DNA of 64,000 nucleotides. Source: Podarcis liolepis (taxonomy: Eukaryota). Shown piece by piece: positions 61,950-64,000 of the stretch; the stretch's first letter is position 1; every line of letters starts with the position of its first letter. The notes beneath the pieces are model-generated. The model was not told the origin of the DNA and ran no database searches. It saw only the letters and a list, made by a program, of their open reading frames with translations. The position numbers and the translations under genes are program-made. The stretch lies in the NCBI GenBank assembly GCA_965112155.1, contig OZ218103.1; one strand, written 5' to 3'.

Positions 61950-62121
61950 AGAAGATCCTTCGTCATCATGTAATCCTTCTTTTCTTAACTGTATTTTTTC
62001 TAAAGGACGCAAATAGGGACTGTCCCAACAAAACCATTCATCATAGCGGTGATTCCAGCGTTTGAAATGGATTAGCACTTTTCCTTCCTCATAATCAATT
62101 TCTTCAATGTGAGCTGGATAC
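61950..62121 (-). CDS. PHF20: PHF20 exon ~3 (Tudor 1): [57 protein letters not shown]
   Basis: gcatag| ... |gtaagt, 172 nt; ORF 61926..62129. Confidence 0.96.
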
Positions 62122-64000
62122 CTATGCAAAGAAAGTTAATTTAAAATATTCTTGCCAAAAAAGTTGAAATAATTATCTTGAAAAAGGAGTAACTCTACTA
62201 CAAAGCCATACATTTTGGTAAATGTATGAATATGATATACAAATAGCTTCAATTTCACCTTTTTGTGATCAATTTAATCTTGCTGGTTTTTTATTATTAA
62301 GCGAAACTGCTTTCTTTTTCTAGGAAATATGACAAACACCTGAAATCAACATTAACAAAGAGCCGACAGTTTATGTGTTTATGGCTGTGTCTTGTGAATT
62401 CTTAAGTCATGGTTTCCATCAATGCTTTTGCTGTGCAGACCTTGCACTTTTCGTCACAACTAATGTTCTAGCCAAACAACCTTGCTGGTGCTATCAGCAG
62501 TATATGATAGAAAGTTAAAAATCTTATGCCATCGGAGAACAACAAAAGGAATAGCTAGGAATAGCTGCTTGGTATCCTCAGGATGATGACAATAGGCAAT
62601 GCTAATTTGTCAGCACCACGACCTGACACTGCTGTTATCGGTGGCTGACATCAAATTGTTCCCAAGTGCTGGCAGACAGACTGCATACCCACCAAATCTG
62701 CCTTGGCAAGTTACAGGACCTTGTAGAAATATGGGGAGGGGACTGAAGGAGGACGAAGAAGAATGGGAAATCTACTTTTGTAATGTTTGATGTCACTCAG
62801 TAGTGTTAAGAGTTAGTCTATTTTAAAAATTAAACACAGATTCATACAAGATGTACATCCCTACAATAGCTTAATCTACACTTTTGTTAAGGGTAACTTC
62901 AAAAGTAACAAACAACAGCTTATCCCATATGACAAAGTAACCTGGGAATTTTCAATTGTGCAATAATCATGTGGGTACAGAAGCTGAGAAGGACTCCTCA
63001 GACCTATATGCTTGTTCCTAGAGAATAATCAGTTCCTCCTGATTGATCCTCAACCATTATGGAGCAAGATGCTTTTTAGCAAATCATATTAATCAATCCA
63101 TCTTCAAGCAGAGAACATTTTCATAATCTCCTACTGATATCAGATGAGATGAGCAAAACCACCTTAATCAATCTCTGACTTTTGTCTTCTGGGTTTCTGG
63201 GGGTTTTCCTGTTGTTATTCTGCCTCTCACAGCTACAATAAACCTACCATTAAAATTATGGACTGGTCTTTTCTTCGTCAGAGGGTAAACAAGCAAATTT
63301 TGCAGGGGATCAAATACTTTTTCCCTTCATTGTATCTTTACTTTCATATACTGGCAGATTAGTCTCCTCTCAGAATTAGGAATTGAAAAAACAAGTTCTG
63401 AACATTACAAATCCTTGACTACACATCAATATCCGATACAGCAGCTTTCTCCAACCTGGTGTCCTCCAAATGTTTTGGATAACTGTTAACAATCTCAGCC
63501 AACCTGACCAATGGTTGGAGATGATGGAAGTTGTAGACCAACAATATCTGGAAGGCATCAGCCTGGGGCAACATACTACCAGAGCATAGCCAAAAAACAA
63601 AACAAAACCCTATTCATCGATGGTTAGCAATCCTATGGCATTTATGGCATTTCTTCTCCTTCTACCACTCCTTGCTCACTGTTAATTACCTGTCTTTGAA
63701 CTGCTATCTTAGGAGGCTCTCTAAACTGGACCCAATAGCAAGAATACCCTTACAACCATAGAATTCTATACAATATCACATCGGCTATAACCACCAATCA
63801 TTTTCAACTTCTTAAGGACTACAGTTCTTGTATACTTAAATATAGTAATTTAAAACTAATTCTAATAATACAACTTCTCATCTAACACTTCTGAACTAAT
63901 TTTATTTCATGCTCCAAACGTGTATTTTGCTATAGTAATACCTACATTCTTCTTCAAAAGGCTATAGGCTACATTAGACTCAAATGCCTAACACCAGGAA

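Larger units (their letters stand above)
40964..62121 (-). other. PHF20: PHF20 gene, coding span in window (5'-partial; Tudor x2, AT-hook, C2H2 zinc finger, PHD; NSL/MOF complex subunit)
   Basis: 16 GT-AG exons, 2914 nt, frame-consistent, from [19 protein letters not shown] to QQIALCCST*. Confidence 0.97.

Overview
This is vertebrate genomic DNA from a squamate reptile, probably a lacertid-type lizard, inferred from Sauria SINEs, Bov-B/RTE, CR1 and L2 LINEs and many hAT and Tc1-mariner MITEs. Three spliced protein-coding genes were rebuilt by hand with frame-consistent splice sites. NDRG3 (+) has 13 constitutive coding exons at 12609-24925 plus a 39-nt cassette exon; its N-terminal exons were not found and presumably lie upstream of the window. 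SLA2/SLAP-2 (+) has a complete 7-exon CDS at 32945-38680 (269 aa). PHF20 (-) has 16 coding exons from 62121 to 40964; its first coding exon lies beyond the right edge. SLA2 and PHF20 are tail-to-tail, with poly(A) signals about 290 nt apart. Most ORFs in the supplied track are spurious, exon read-throughs or transposon remnants. I found no support for a wholly new biological system. The best observations are: (1) the PHF20-SLA2-NDRG3 order mirrors the human 8q24 PHF20L1-SLA-NDRG1 paralogon; (2) both reported Akt sites of PHF20 are missing; (3) NDRG3 has a GC-AG intron and a likely regulated micro-cassette exon; (4) inverted SINEs bracket NDRG3 exons; (5) there are several nested or young transposon insertions with intact target-site duplications (TSDs). 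Exon numbers follow the human orthologues from memory, and repeat family names come from motif recognition, not database search.
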